Shown piece after piece: positions 9,985 to 22,110 of a stretch of DNA of 64,000 nt (position 1 is its first letter; each line of letters opens with the position of its first letter). Source of the DNA: Prorocentrum cordatum (Eukaryota); NCBI GenBank assembly GCA_963575745.1, contig CAUYUJ010000226.1, positions 310,001 through 374,000 of the forward strand, written 5' to 3'. The position numbers were made by a program, and so were the translations under genes. The notes under the pieces were generated by a model, which was not told where the DNA came from, made no database searches, and worked only from the letters and a program-made list of their open reading frames with translations.

Positions 9985-10420
9985 CCCGCCATAGGGAGCT
10001 CCACCGAAGGCTCCAGCGGCAGGGTTCGCATGGCGGCCTCGGGTCAGTTCGGCGCACCCCTCGCGGGCACTGCGGCCTTATAGCGAGCTCCACCGAAGGC
10101 TCCAGTGGCAGGAATCGCATGCCGGCCTCGTGCAGGCTCGGCGCACTCCTCATGCGCCTCGCGGACCCATAGGTCGTTCCACCGAAGGCCCCAGTGGCAG
10201 GGTTCGCATGGCGGCCTCTTGCCATGTCGGCACACTCCTCACACGTTTCGCGGCCCCATAGGGAAGGAGTTCCACGGAAGGCCCCAGCGGCAGGAATCGC
10301 ATGCCGGCCTTGGGCGATTTCGGCACACCCCTCGCGAGGATCGTGGCCCCATAGGTCGCTCCACCGAAGGCCCCAGTAGCAGGGTTCGCATGGCGTCCTC
10401 GGGCGATTTCGGCACACCCC
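9985..10420. repeat. ~90-bp tandem repeat, about 5 units; related copies at 38460-38830
   Basis: The CCACCGAAGG core recurs at ~10001, 10090, 10179, 10273 and 10361. Confidence 0.85.
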
Positions 10421-13400
10421 TCACAGGCTTGCTAACCCGACTTCGGTGAACACATGGGGGAGTAAGAAGAGGAGGAGGGGCCATTTTGACCTTTTCGGGC
10501 CTTCTTGGAGGACGTCTTGGACGGCTCGTGGGCCGTCTTGGAGGCCATCTTGAGCGTCTTGGAGACCTCTTGGGTCGTCTTTGGGGCTCCTTGGGGCTGT
10601 GTCTTGGGCCTCTTGGGCGATCTTTGGGGGCACTTGGGCCGTATCGGGCCGTCGAAAGGCAGAAACAAAGCAAATGCCACACTCCTTCAAAAACCAATGG
10701 GAAATCAATGATTTTGGCATTTCCGGGCCTTCCTGGAGGCCTTCTTGGATGCCTCTTGGGCCGTCTTGGGCCATCTTAGAGCCATGTTCGGCCGTCTTGG
10801 TGGGCTCCTGGTCCGTCTGACGCCGTCGGAAGCTGTTTGGGGGGCCTCTATAGGCCGACTTGAGGCCCTCTTGGAATGCTCCAGGGCCGTCTTGGAGGCC
10901 ATCTTGGGCGTCGTAAAGGCCTCTTGTGCCGTCTTGGGGGCCTCTTGAGGCCGTCTTTGGGCCCTCTTGGGCAGTTCTGAGGCCATCTTGGAGGCCTCTT
11001 GGGCGATCTTTCGGCGATGTTTGGGGGCTCTGGGGCCGTCTCGGGCCGTCGGAAGGCCGAAAAGACGCAACTGTCAAAATCCGTCAAAAACTTTAGGGAT
11101 ATAAAGGTTTTTGGCTTTTTCTGGCCTTCCTGGAGGCCCTCTTGTGGGCCGTCTGGGGCCAGCTTCGAGCCAACTTCGGCCATCTTGGTGGGTTCCTGGC
11201 ACGTCTGACGCCGTCGGGAGCCGTCGTGGGGGCCTGTCTCGGCCGACTTGGGAGCCCTCTTGGGGCGCTTCGGGGCCGTCTTGGAAGCCATCTTGGGCGC
11301 CTTGGGGCTCTCTTTGGGCCGTCTTGGAGGCTGCTTGGGCCGTCATAGGGCCCTCTTGGGGGCCTCTTGGGCGATCTTGAGAGCCTCTTGGGCCGTCTTG
11401 GGCCGTCGGAAAGCCGAAGAGGCGCAAATGCCAGAATCCTTCGAACACCTACAGAAAATCAATGATGTTGGCCTCGTCGGGCCTTCCTGGATGACCTCTG
11501 GCAGGCCTTGTGGACCGTCTTAGACCATCTTGAGGCCATCTTGGGCCGTCTTGGGTGCATCTTGGAGCCATCTTAGCCGTCTTCGAGGCCATCTTGGCCG
11601 TCTTGGAGCAACTTGGAGGTCATCCTGAGACATCTTGGCCGTCTTGGAGGCCATCTTGGGCCATCTTTGGGCAACAGAAGCATTGACAGGTGGGTTTTCC
11701 GGATGGCCGGCGGGACGGGCCGAAGCCCCAGGGGGAGTTCTCTCGGAAACATACAAAACCAAAACCCATATCATACAGCACGCCAGGCACCCCTTTGATA
11801 AGTCAAAAGGGGGCGGCGGATCGAAGACGCCTACGGCGAATCACCGCCGCCCCCTGCCTTCGTGGAAGCGCTTGTGTGTCCGACAGCTGTGCCAGAGCTT
11901 GGCCAGGCCATCGGACCATGTGCTCCCCGAGTCGGTTTGGTTTTTTTACGGGGAACGCGGGGGGGAGGAAGGGGAGGAGGAGGAGAAGGAGGAAAAAGGA
12001 GAAGGGGTTTGCCTCTTCGGAGCCTCTTGAGGCACTCTTGGGCTCGATTGGACCATCTTGGGATCGTCTTGGAGACCATGTTGGGGCTATCTTGGGGCCT
12101 CTTGAGGGCCTCTTCCCGTCTGACGCCGTCGGGGGCCGTCTTGGGGGCCTCTCTGAAACGACTTGGAGCCTTTTTGGGGCGCTTCGGGTCCGTCTTGGAG
12201 GCCATCTTGGGCGTCTTGGAGGCCTCTTGGACCGTCTTCGGGCCCTCTTGGGGCGGTCTTGGGGGCGTCATGGGCCGTCATGGGGCCATCTTGGAGGCCT
12301 CTTGGGCGATCTTGGGAGCCTCTTGGGCCGTCTTGGACCGTCGGAATGTCGAAAAGGCGCAAATGCCCAAATCTTCAAACGCCTCAGAAAAATTAATGAG
12401 TTTGGCCTCGTCGGGCCTTCCTTGGGGGACTCTTGGGCCGTATTGGAGGCCTCTTGGGGGCCTCTGCAGCCGTCTTGGGGAATCTTGAGGCCATCTAAGG
12501 CCGTCTTAGACCATATTGGGCCGTCTTGGAGGCATCTTGGGGCCATCTTAGCCGTCTTGGAGGCCATCTTGGCCGTGTTCGAGACATCTTGGAGGCCATC
12601 TTGGGCCATCTTGGCCGTCTTCGAGGCCATCGAGGGCGTCTTGGAGGCCCCTTGGGCCGTCTTGGGGCCCTCTTGGGGCATCATGGGGCCATCTTGGAAG
12701 CCTCTTGGGCGACCTTGGGGGCCTCTTAGGCCGTCTCGGGCCGTCCGAAGGCCGTAAAGGCGCAAATGCCAACATCATTCAAAAACCCAAAGAAAATCAA
12801 TGATTTTGACCTCTGCGGGCCTTCCTGGAGGACATTTGGGCCATCTTGGAGGCCTCTTGGGGGCCTTTTGGGCCCATCTAAGTCCGTCTTGGGTGCATTT
12901 TGGGCCGTCTTGGAGGCATCTTGGAGGCCATCTTAGCCGTCTTGGAGGCCATCTTGGCTGTCTTGGAGGCATCGTGGAGGCCATCTTGGCCGTATTGGAG
13001 GCCATCTTGGGCGTCTTGGAGTCCTCTTGGGCCGTCTTGGGGCCCTCTTGGGGCCGCCTGTACACACCTAGGGAAAATCAGTGATGTTGACCTCTGCGGG
13101 CCTTCCTGGAGGACCTCTTGGAGGCCTCTTGGGCCGGGTCTTCCGGGTGGCCGGCGGGACGCGCCGGAGCCCCAGGGGGAGTTCTTTGGGAAAAAAGAAC
13201 CAAAACCAAATCCGATAGGATTTAACACGCCAGGAACCCCTTTGATAAATCAAAAGCAGGCTAGGCACCCCTGCGATGAATCGACGGGGGGCGGCGGATC
13301 GAAGACGCCTACGGCGAATCATCGCCGCCCCCTGCCTTTCTGGAAGCGCCGATGTGGCCGAACGTTGAGGCCAGACCTGCCAAGCTATCGGACCATGCGT

Positions 13401-14544
13401 TCCCCGAATCGGTTTGGAAAGCCTTCGGGGAACACGTGGGCATCTTGAAGGTCATCTTGGCCGCCTGGAGGCCATTTTGACTCTTTCGGGCCTTCTTGGA
13501 GGACGTCTTGGACGGCTCGTGGGCCGTCTTGGAGGCCATCTTGAGCGTCTTGGAGGCCTCTTCGACCGTCTTGGGAGCCTCTTCGGGCCGTCTTGGGCGC
13601 CTCTTGGGCCGTTCTGGGGCCATCTTGGAGGCCTCTTGGGCGATCCTTGGGCGATCTTTGGGGGCTCTTGGGCTGCATCGGGCCATTGGTAGGCCGAAAT
13701 GAAGCAAATGTCACAATCCTTCAAAAATCTGCGGAAAATTATGTTTTTGGCTTTTACTGGCCTTCCTCGATTGCCCTCTTGGAGGCCGTCGGAAGCTGTT
13801 TGGGGGGCCTTTCTGGGCCGACTTGGGGTCCTCTTGGGATGCTCCAGGGCCGTCTTAGAGGCCATCTTGGGTGTCTTGGAGGCCTCTTGGGCCGTCTTCG
13901 GGCCCTCTTGGGACGTCTTGAGGGGCCTCTTGGGCCGTCAGGGGGCCATCTTGGAGGCCTCTTGGGCGATCTTGGGGCGACCTTGGGGGCCTCTTGGGCC
14001 GTCTTGTGTTGTCGGAAAGCCGAACAGCCGCAAATGCCAAAATCCTTCAAAAATTTAGGAAAATCAATGATTTTGGCCTCGCCGGGCCTTCGTGAAGGAC
14101 CTCTTGGAGGCCTCTTGGGTCATCTTGGAGGCCTCTTGCGGGCCTTTGGGGCCGTCTTAGACCATATTAAGGCCATCTTGGGCCGTCTTGGAGGCATTTT
14201 GGGGCCATCTTAGCCGTCTTGGAGGCCATCTGGGCCGTCTTGGAGGCAGCTTGGAGGCCATCTTGGCCGTCTTCGAGGCCATCGAGGGCGTCTTGGAGGC
14301 CTCTTGGGCCGTCTTGGGGCCCTCTTGGGACGTCTTGAGGGGCCTCTTGGGCCGTCAGGGGGCCATCTTGGAGGCCTCTTGGGTGATCTTGGGGCGATCT
14401 TGGGACATCCTCAACGAATTGCTTGTTTCGCTTGAGACATCCTCCTCATCAAAAAGAGAAGAAGAGGAAGAGGAGGTAGAGGAAGAAGAGGAGGAAGAGG
14501 ATGAGAAGGAGGAGAAAGAGCAAGAGGAGGAGAGAATAACGAGG

Positions 14545-14950
14545 AAGCAAAAATCCAAAGTTCAAAACTTACTAGATTTAATTTGTAAACGCTTAATGAA
14601 ACTTAGAATTTTCATCTGCTCGTGTAGGGGTAGCTCATGTGCTTAGTTTTCCCAGGATAATCAACCCCAGCGATAAACAAGTTCAGGGGGCCAGGGAGAC
14701 AAGAAGAAAAAAAACTAGAAAGATAAATATAAAGAAATAATACAAGGAAGAGGAGAAGGATGAGAAGGAGGACGAGCAGGAGAAGCAGAGCAGGAGGTAG
14801 AAGCAAAAATCCAAAGCTGAAAACGTATTAGATTTAATGTGTAAGCGCTTAATGAAAATTAAAAGTTTCATCTGCTCGTGTAGGGTAGCTCATGTGCTTA
14901 GTTTCCCCAGGATAATCAACCCCAGCGATGAACAAGTTCAGGGCGCCAGA
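14545..14950. repeat. Tandem duplication of a ~150-bp AT-rich module
   Basis: AAGCAAAAATCCAAAG...TAGCTCATGTGCTTAGTTT...AACAAGTTCAGGG occurs at ~14545-14695 and ~14801-14950. Confidence 0.85.
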
Positions 14951-15242
14951 GGGAGGAGGAGAAGGAAAGGCAGAGAAAGAGAGAGAGAGAGAGAGACAGA
15001 GAGAGAGAGAGAGAAACATAAAGCAACACAAAGAAAAAGAGAGAACGAGCACACGTGTTCGCTTCGCTTGATGTTGTTATCCCAACATAAGAAGGAAGTA
15101 ACATCGATGGCGAACTTTCCCAGTGATGATGAAGTTCGGCCTCCGCGCCCTCCGCCTATAGTTGAAACCCTTCTAGGCCGACGATGAAAAAAACTCTAAC
15201 GACTTAAGGGGGGGGGTACTTTATTATCCTCGGCATGGGGTT

Positions 15243-15418
15243 TCACCACGTACCAAACCACCCCAACCCAACCCGAAGGCCTCAATTTGCCCTCCATTTC
15301 CAGTGGGGGGGGGTCGGGGAACGTTGAAAAAACACATGGAACCCGTACCCCCCCCAACCCGACATTCGGGTCAAATTCGGGTCTTCGGGTTGGGTTGGGG
15401 TGGTCTGGTAGGTAGTCA
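15243..15418. mobile_element. MITE with ~35-bp TIRs and 5-bp TSD (family C)
   Basis: ACCAAACCACCCCAACCCAACCCGAAG...CTTCGGGTTGGGTTGGGGTGGTCTGGT; TSD GGGTT at 15238-15242 and 15419-15423; second copy at 42276-42441. Confidence 0.85.
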
Positions 15419-18353
15419 GGGTTAGTGGCTTTCGGCCCATTCCGCCGCCGTGCCTGGGCTGTGGCATTAGAGGCCTCTGGGACTTTCGTCTGGATGTCGC
15501 GGGCGGCCTCCCAAGGGCCTCCTGGGGCCAGGGTTGAGGCCACCTGATGGAGGAGGAGGAGGAGGGAGGAGGAGGAGGAGGAGGAGGAGGAGGAGGAGGA
15601 AGAGGACATCTCGGGGGCTTCTGGGGGGTCGCTTGGGCTCTCCTGGGGGCTCCTGGGGCCTCCTGGTGCCTCTTGGGGCGGAAGGCTCGAATTGTCGGTG
15701 CGCGTTCCCCCTCTTGGGCCTCTTTTGGGGCCGTTTTGGGGCCCTCTTGGGCGACCTTGGGCGCCTCTTGGGCAGATTCGGGGCCCTCTTGGGCCGTTTT
15801 GTGGCCCTTTTGAGGGTCTCTGGGGCAGTCTTGGGGTGGTCTTGGGGGCCCTTAGGGCAGTTTTGGAGTGTCGGAAGCTCGAAAAGGCGATAGCGTGAAA
15901 CGTACAGGAACAAACACATTGGAAATCTATGCGTTTGGCTTGTTGGGGCCCCCTTGGAGGTCCTTTTGGGGCGCTTTTGGTGTTCTTTGAGGCCCCTTGG
16001 GATGTCTTGGGGCCATAGTGAGCGTCTTGGAGTGCTCTTGGGCTGTCTTGGAGGCCTCTGGATGCCTCTTGGGCACTTCGTGGGCCCCTGTGGGCCCGTC
16101 TTGGGCCCCCCTGGCCTCCTTGGCAAAGTCACGCGAGGCAGCCCTGGACCGCGCAGGAGCGCCCAGGATATTTGAGAAGCTGGGGCCCGAGCCCCTAGAG
16201 CACCATAATCCCAGGGTCCTGAGCACAGAGAGAACCGAGGACACGTGAGAGCCTGGGGGTCAAACTCCTCTTCGCACCTCCCGGCACGGCGGCGGAGCAC
16301 CGATTTTGCACACGGCCTTTTTGGAGGGGAAGAGGGGCGACGAGAGGGCCCAAGAGACGTCCAAGAGAGCTCGAAGACGGCCCAGAAGCGATTCAAGAGA
16401 GCTCAAGACCGCCCCAGAGCGTACCAAGATGGCCCAACGTGGCTTGAAGACAGCCTTAGAGGGATACAAGACAGCTAAGACGCCTTCAAAAGGAGTCCCA
16501 CGAGGTCCTCAGGAGGCGAATCATCACATCTTTCTAAGGTTTTAACTGATTTCGACGGCCTTACGGCCGGTGCCGCCGACCCTGAAGGGGAACGACGACG
16601 GCGGCGGCGGCGGCGGTAGCGACGACGACGATGCTGACGTGGGTTGAGTCCTCAAACGTGTTTCTTGGGGTTTCTTCCGAGCGCTCTCGGGGGCCTCTGG
16701 GGGGATGTTTGGGGGCCTCTTGGGAGCCTCTTGGGGCCTCTTTGGGCTTCCTGGGGGCCTCTTGGGAGCTTCTCGGGGCTGAGGGCTCGAAATGTCCGTT
16801 CGGATCCCCCGTCTGGGTACTCTCTTGGAGCCGTCTTGGGGGCCTCTTGTGCCGTCTTGGAGGCGTCTTGGGCCGTCTTGGGGCACTCTTGGGCCGTTTG
16901 GGGACTCTCTTGGAGGCCTCTTGGGCCGTCTCAGGGCGACCTTGGGGGCCTCTTGGACCGTCTTGGCGCGTGGGGAAGCGGAAGAGGCGAGAACGTCAAA
17001 ATTCTTGAAATACATATGGGAAGTCCATGATTTTTGCCTCTTGGGGCTCTCGTGGGAACGGTCCTGGAGGCCTCTTGGGGCGTCTCGCAGGCCTCTTGGG
17101 CCGTCTGGAGGCCGCCAAGGCGTCTTGGACAGATCATTCGGCGATTCGGGGCCCTCTTGGATCGTCTTGGGGGCCTCTTGGGGCACTCTTGGCCCGTCTT
17201 GGGGCTTTTTTGGGCTCCGGGATTCCCCGGGGGGGCGGCGTAAAAACCCGGGACCCCCCCGGTACCCACCCCGGGACAACCCCCGGCGGGGAAGGGATCA
17301 AAGGGAAGGGGCTTCCCTTCGACTCAATTGCGACGTTGCTCAATTTCGCTTTGGACTGGCACGCTTCAGGAGGAGGCCCTGGGAGAGGGGTGGAAGCAAC
17401 GACGCTGTGGGGAAAGGGGAAGGATGGCCCAACATGGCTTGAAGACAGCCTTAGAGGGACACAAGACATCCAAGACGCCTTCAAAAGGAGTCCCACGAGG
17501 CCCTCAGGAGGCGAATCATCATATCTTTCTAAGGTTTTAACTGATTTCCGCGTTCAGGCTTTTTCATGCTTCCGACGGGCCAAGACAGCCCACGAGGGCC
17601 CAGAAATCGATCCAAGACGGCCCAAGCGGCTCCCAAACAGGGCCCCAGGACGGCCCAAGACAGCCCCAAGACGGCCCAAGGGCGCTCCAAGACGGCCCCA
17701 AGACGGAAAGAGAGAGAGGTCCAAGATTGCCCGAGAGCCCTTCAAGAGGGCCCAAACAAGGCCCCAAGACAGCCAAAGCCCTCCAAGGTGCCCCAAATGG
17801 GTCCCAGGACGGCCCGAGAGGGCGAAAAGTGGGAAGGCCCAGAGACGCTACATGCGTAGATGTTCGTCCGGTTCTTGCGTTTCATCACGTAACGAGTTCC
17901 AAACACCAGGGATCCTAAAGGCGAGCGGTGGTGTAAGCTCAAGACGGCCCAAAGAGATCCCCGAGACGCCGAAAAGAGTGGTTCAAGGCGGCCCAATTGT
18001 TGCTCCAATTGCTATTGATGTTTCTGCCTCCTCATCTCCTTCCCCGTCCTCGTCCAGCACCTCCTCGGAACAAACAACACGTCGCTTCGAGATGCTGCCA
18101 GCCGCGGCGACGACGAGAGCCCCCGAAGACAAAACAACTTCGGACCTTGATCCTCGCCCCGGGGCCGGGCACCTCGCAACTCGTTCGCCCCCCTGTTTTA
18201 TACCCTCTCCCCGGGGCCTCCAAGAAACCTCTAGACGGCCAAGGAGGCCTCCAGGACAGCCTAAGATACCTCAAAGACCGCCTCAGAGGAACCGAAATGA
18301 GCCGAAGACGGCCCAACAGGGCACCAAGAGCGCTCAGGATGGCCTCCCGTAAT

Positions 18354-18371
18354 TAGCCATTTTGGCTCAAG
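18354..18371 (+). promoter_or_regulatory. Relic dinoflagellate spliced leader
   Basis: TAGCCATTTTGGCTCAAG is identical to the last 18 nt of DinoSL (DCCGTAGCCATTTTGGCTCAAG), with CCGT 3 nt upstream; a degenerate second copy GCCATGAATGGCTGAAC follows. Confidence 0.92.
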
Positions 18372-18434
18372 ACGGTTGAGCGGCCATGAATGGCTGAACG
18401 GCCAGCTCGATCATCCGGGTATTGAAATATAGGT

Positions 18435-21182
18435 ATGTGTATCTCATCGTCGCATCATGGTGTTGCACCATGGTGCGCAAAACAGTTTGCAGTAGCGCTA
18501 TTGTTGTTTTCTTCCCCTACTTGTACTACGTGTGCCGTAGGAGCCGCAAGGGCCAGCCTAGATACATTAGAAGTGCGCGAGCGTGCGGGGCACATCGATG
18601 TGGCCATGCTGCAGGTCTCTATGAATGATTTGTCGTATGAGGTGCAGAACGCGACGGAGCGTTCCGAACGGTGGCCTCGTGGCTGGCTGTCTTCACGCCA
18701 TCATCGAGGAGTGAGCCGATCATCTGAGCCAGCACGAGCAGCTGCGACACCATCGCCGACCGCCTGCGTAGATGCCGACAACGGTGCTACGAACAGAATG
18801 GGCCGCTCGTGTGAAGCCTACACGCACGACGTGGATGCGCCGTTCTCGGGTATCTGCTTCGACCCTTACTATGACGACGGGGACTTCTCCTCGGACATGT
18901 GCTGCGCGTGCCCGCGGGAGTGCCCCGCGCACGACCGTCCCGTCGACGCAGTCTGCGAGGACTGGATCGAGTTCAGGGAGTCGAACGACGATGGCGAGGG
19001 GAGGACCTCTCACTCCAACCTTGCTGGACTGGGCCCTGATTTTGGCAAGCCCAGGGAGCTCAGGTATTATGGAGTCGGACAGCTCGCAAACGGGGTTCAC
19101 ATCGATGTAGCGTTCGTCAATATATCCGATTATATTCCGAGAACTACTAGCTGGAACAAGGTTTCTGGGTCTCAGGCAACTGTGAACCTGCTTGTCGGGG
19201 AATTTGTAAATCTGAAGGCAGAGTTTGTGAGAAACCATACCTTCTGCCCTGAGACGCCACACCTGCCAAAGATTACGTTCTGTGACATTGACCACTACGA
19301 GGATGGGGAGAACGAGGTCTTATGTCTCGACGGTGTCAATGCTATCTATACGGTCGACGATGGCATTGATTTTGATCTGGATTTGTTCGAATTCAATACT
19401 CTCAGGGATGGAACTCGGGTCCCATTGACATACACAACATCTTCCATCCAGACATCGATTCCAGGCAGGACGTCCAGGAAGTACGTCTCTAGTTCTGGCG
19501 AAAAATTTGCGGTCCAGGCAACCTCGCGGATGTTCGGCCACGCTTGCGACAACCCGCAAGACTCAAACCAGCTGATCAACATCACTTGCCCAGACGCGTC
19601 GGCCGCGACCGTGGACCAGGCAAAGCGATGCTTCATGGTCGAGTTCTTCAACGTCACCGAGTTCTTTGTCAGATTCAAGATATTGTCGAGCATGCCCGAC
19701 CACTACATCCATGTTTGGGGCCGCAATTTCGCAATGTCCGGAACTTCTTCATTCTTTGCCGACGAGTCGAGCCAAACTTGCTACACGCACGCCCCCACCA
19801 CAGCTCCGACATTCACGCCGACAAGCACACCGACGGCGACGCCAACCGCCGCGCCGACGACCTCGCCCACAGCTGCACCTACTGCGACACCGACTGCCTC
19901 TCCGACTGCGGCCCCGACATCTGCGCCGACTGCTGCTCCGACTGCAGCACCAACGATGGCACCGACTGGTTCCCCGACAGCTGCGCCGACTGCGGCACCG
20001 ACGGCTGCACCGACTGCGGCACCGACAGCCGCTCCGACTGCGCAGCCCACAGCTGCGCCTACAGCGGCACCGACAGCCGCGCCGACGGCGGCGCCGACAG
20101 CGACGCCGACAGCTGCACCGACTGCTGCACCGACAGCGGCACCGACAGCGGCGCCGACAGCTGTGCCGACATCGGCACCGACTGGTTCACCGACAGCTGC
20201 GCCGACTGCGGCCCCGACAAAGGCACCGACAGCCTCGCCGACAGCTGCACCAACAGCTGCGCCGACAGCCGCGCCGACTGCTGCACCAACAATGGTGCCG
20301 ACAGCGTCGCCGACAGCTGCCCCAACTGCTGCGCCGACAGCCACGCCTACAGCGGCGCCTACAGCTGCACCTACTGCGACACCGACTGCCTCGCCGACTG
20401 CGGCCCCGACATCTGCGCCGACTGCGGCGCCGACTGGTTCGCCAACCGCTGCGCCCACGGCTGCACCAACGAGGGCACCGACCAGTTCACCGACAGTTGC
20501 GCCGACTGCGGCGCCGACTGTTTCGCCGACTGCGGCGCCGACAGCTGCGCCGACGGCTGCTCCGACGAGGGCCCCGTCTGCTTCGCCGACAGCTGCGCCG
20601 ACTGCAGCCCCGACTGGTTTGCCGACCGCTGCGCCGACTGCGGCGTCGACAGCTGCGCCTACAGCGGCGCCAACAGCGGCCCCGACTGCGCTGCCGCGTG
20701 TGAGCGCGTCAGGCGATCCGCATCTTGTTAATGTGGCAGGGCAGCATTTCGACGTGATGAAGCCTGGAGCCCACGTCCTCCTCCTCGTGCCCCTCGATGC
20801 GCGTCCGCTGTCTACGCTTCTTCGTGTGGAGGCCGACGCGCGGCAGGTGGGTGGCGCTTGCGCGGACACGTACTTCTTGAGCGTCAACATCACTGGGAAA
20901 TGGGCAGAGTCCATAGTCCACAATCACAAGCTAGGCAGTGGTCACGGGCTGATGTTCAGCGCAGGCACTGGGGCATCCCACACGGGCACAGAGTGGATGT
21001 CTTTCGGAACTATTGCCCTGAAGGTGGTCCATGGCCGCACCAACGAGGGCATAGCATACCTTAATTTTTTCGCTCGCAATCTAAAGCGAGCGGGGTACCT
21101 TGTTGGAGGTCTTTTAGGGGAGGACGATCACAGCGAAGCTGCCACCCCTATAGATGAATGCAGACACGTTTTTGACGTCTAG
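18435..21182 (+). CDS. Secreted or surface mucin-like protein (915 aa): Cys-rich module, globular domain, PTAA stalk, C-terminal GDPH domain; probable retrogene
   Basis: Uninterrupted ORF; hydrophobic N-terminus FAVALLLFSS; YDDGDFSSDMCCAC; ~900 bp of 12-bp PTAA repeats (~19790-20695); SGDPHLVNVAGQHFDV; SL relic 63 nt upstream. Confidence 0.88.
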   Translation: MCISSSHHGVAPWCAKQFAVALLLFSSPTCTTCAVGAARASLDTLEVRERAGHIDVAMLQVSMNDLSYEVQNATERSERWPRGWLSSRHHRGVSRSSEPARAAATPSPTACVDADNGATNRMGRSCEAYTHDVDAPFSGICFDPYYDDGDFSSDMCCACPRECPAHDRPVDAVCEDWIEFRESNDDGEGRTSHSNLAGLGPDFGKPRELRYYGVGQLANGVHIDVAFVNISDYIPRTTSWNKVSGSQATVNLLVGEFVNLKAEFVRNHTFCPETPHLPKITFCDIDHYEDGENEVLCLDGVNAIYTVDDGIDFDLDLFEFNTLRDGTRVPLTYTTSSIQTSIPGRTSRKYVSSSGEKFAVQATSRMFGHACDNPQDSNQLINITCPDASAATVDQAKRCFMVEFFNVTEFFVRFKILSSMPDHYIHVWGRNFAMSGTSSFFADESSQTCYTHAPTTAPTFTPTSTPTATPTAAPTTSPTAAPTATPTASPTAAPTSAPTAAPTAAPTMAPTGSPTAAPTAAPTAAPTAAPTAAPTAQPTAAPTAAPTAAPTAAPTATPTAAPTAAPTAAPTAAPTAVPTSAPTGSPTAAPTAAPTKAPTASPTAAPTAAPTAAPTAAPTMVPTASPTAAPTAAPTATPTAAPTAAPTATPTASPTAAPTSAPTAAPTGSPTAAPTAAPTRAPTSSPTVAPTAAPTVSPTAAPTAAPTAAPTRAPSASPTAAPTAAPTGLPTAAPTAASTAAPTAAPTAAPTALPRVSASGDPHLVNVAGQHFDVMKPGAHVLLLVPLDARPLSTLLRVEADARQVGGACADTYFLSVNITGKWAESIVHNHKLGSGHGLMFSAGTGASHTGTEWMSFGTIALKVVHGRTNEGIAYLNFFARNLKRAGYLVGGLLGEDDHSEAATPIDECRHVFDV

Positions 21183-21527
21183 TTAGTACTTCCAGTGCAC
21201 GGTGCTTGGCCGGGACACTGCACTATTATCTTCCCCGCGTTGAAGGGGTCTTGCCGGACGTTTGACAGGTTTTGGTGAAAGTTCACGGCCGATTTCTTCG
21301 GTGGGCGGCGGTGGGACCAGGAGGAGTGTTTTCACGTGCTCCGCCAGCTGGCGTAACAGCACATGCATTTCATGTTTTAGGGTTGCGTTCTCTCTGTCCT
21401 CCGTCTCGCCTCGACCTTCCCGAGAGTGCTCCGCCACCTGCCGTGACAGCGCGTCCTGTGTCCCCCCGCATGCGTCATCCTTTGAGCACGTGCTCCGCGA
21501 GTTGGCGCGACAGCTAGTGCTTCCCCT

Positions 21528-21719
21528 TACGGTAGGTTCGCGTCGTGTTGACCAGCGGCGACCCCAGCGCGGGCGTTCAAGGTTGAACGCCGCCGGCGAC
21601 CCAGAATCGATCGATGTTGAACGATTGGACGTTGCGGAGACGGCCGATCGTTCAAGGTTGAACGATCCCTGCGGTGTCAAAAACCAACGCTGGGGTCGGC
21701 ACGACACGAACCCGCCGTA
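21528..21719. mobile_element. MITE with TA TSD, Tc1/mariner-like (family A)
   Basis: TA-CGGTAGGTTCGCGTCGTG...CACGACACGAACCCGCCG-TA; two internal CGTTCAAGGTTGAACG palindromes; further copies at 25730-25922 and 35170-35407. Confidence 0.88.
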
Positions 21720-22110
21720 CTCCGTCATGTCTCGCGCCTCCCGCACGCTTTATTCGCCCAGATTAGGCCAAGGAGGTGCGACGACAGTCACAGACCAAAC
21801 TACGTCTTCACATGTCACCAGAAAGCCCATACGCGCCCCAGGGCTATTCAGCGATCTTCCCGACGAGCCCGTTAGCCGAGACTTGCATGTCGCGACAACG
21901 ATCTGGCAACCCTGGGCGGCGCCCATTGGGGCCAGGGACACCTGCCCTCCCCCCAGGACAACGCCTGAACAGCCCCAAAGCCAGTCCAAGGAAGCCCTGC
22001 GACATCCCATAATCGGCCAACGTCGGTCACAACCCTTCTCCGACAGCGACTGGCCCGCAAGCATCGACCTTCGTGTCATCATAGCGCCATGCGCTAGGCT
22101 CGAACCTAAG

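Larger units (their letters stand above)
10480..18350. repeat. Complex TCTTGG/CCAAGA-rich interspersed repeat array in both orientations
   Basis: Dense GGCCGTCTTGG / GAGGCCATCTTGG / GGCCTCTTGG units with recurrent modules, e.g. a hairpin block at ~11800-11860 and ~13280-13340 and a duplicated block at ~16430-16550 and ~17425-17548. Confidence 0.9.

Noticed and set aside
10421..18352. Many 100-440 aa ORFs rich in LGG/SW/PR
   Set aside because: Translations of the TCTTGG repeat family with no domain signal.
19666..20923. Arg-rich and VGAA-repeat ORFs
   Set aside because: Alternative frames and antisense of the PTAA repeat.
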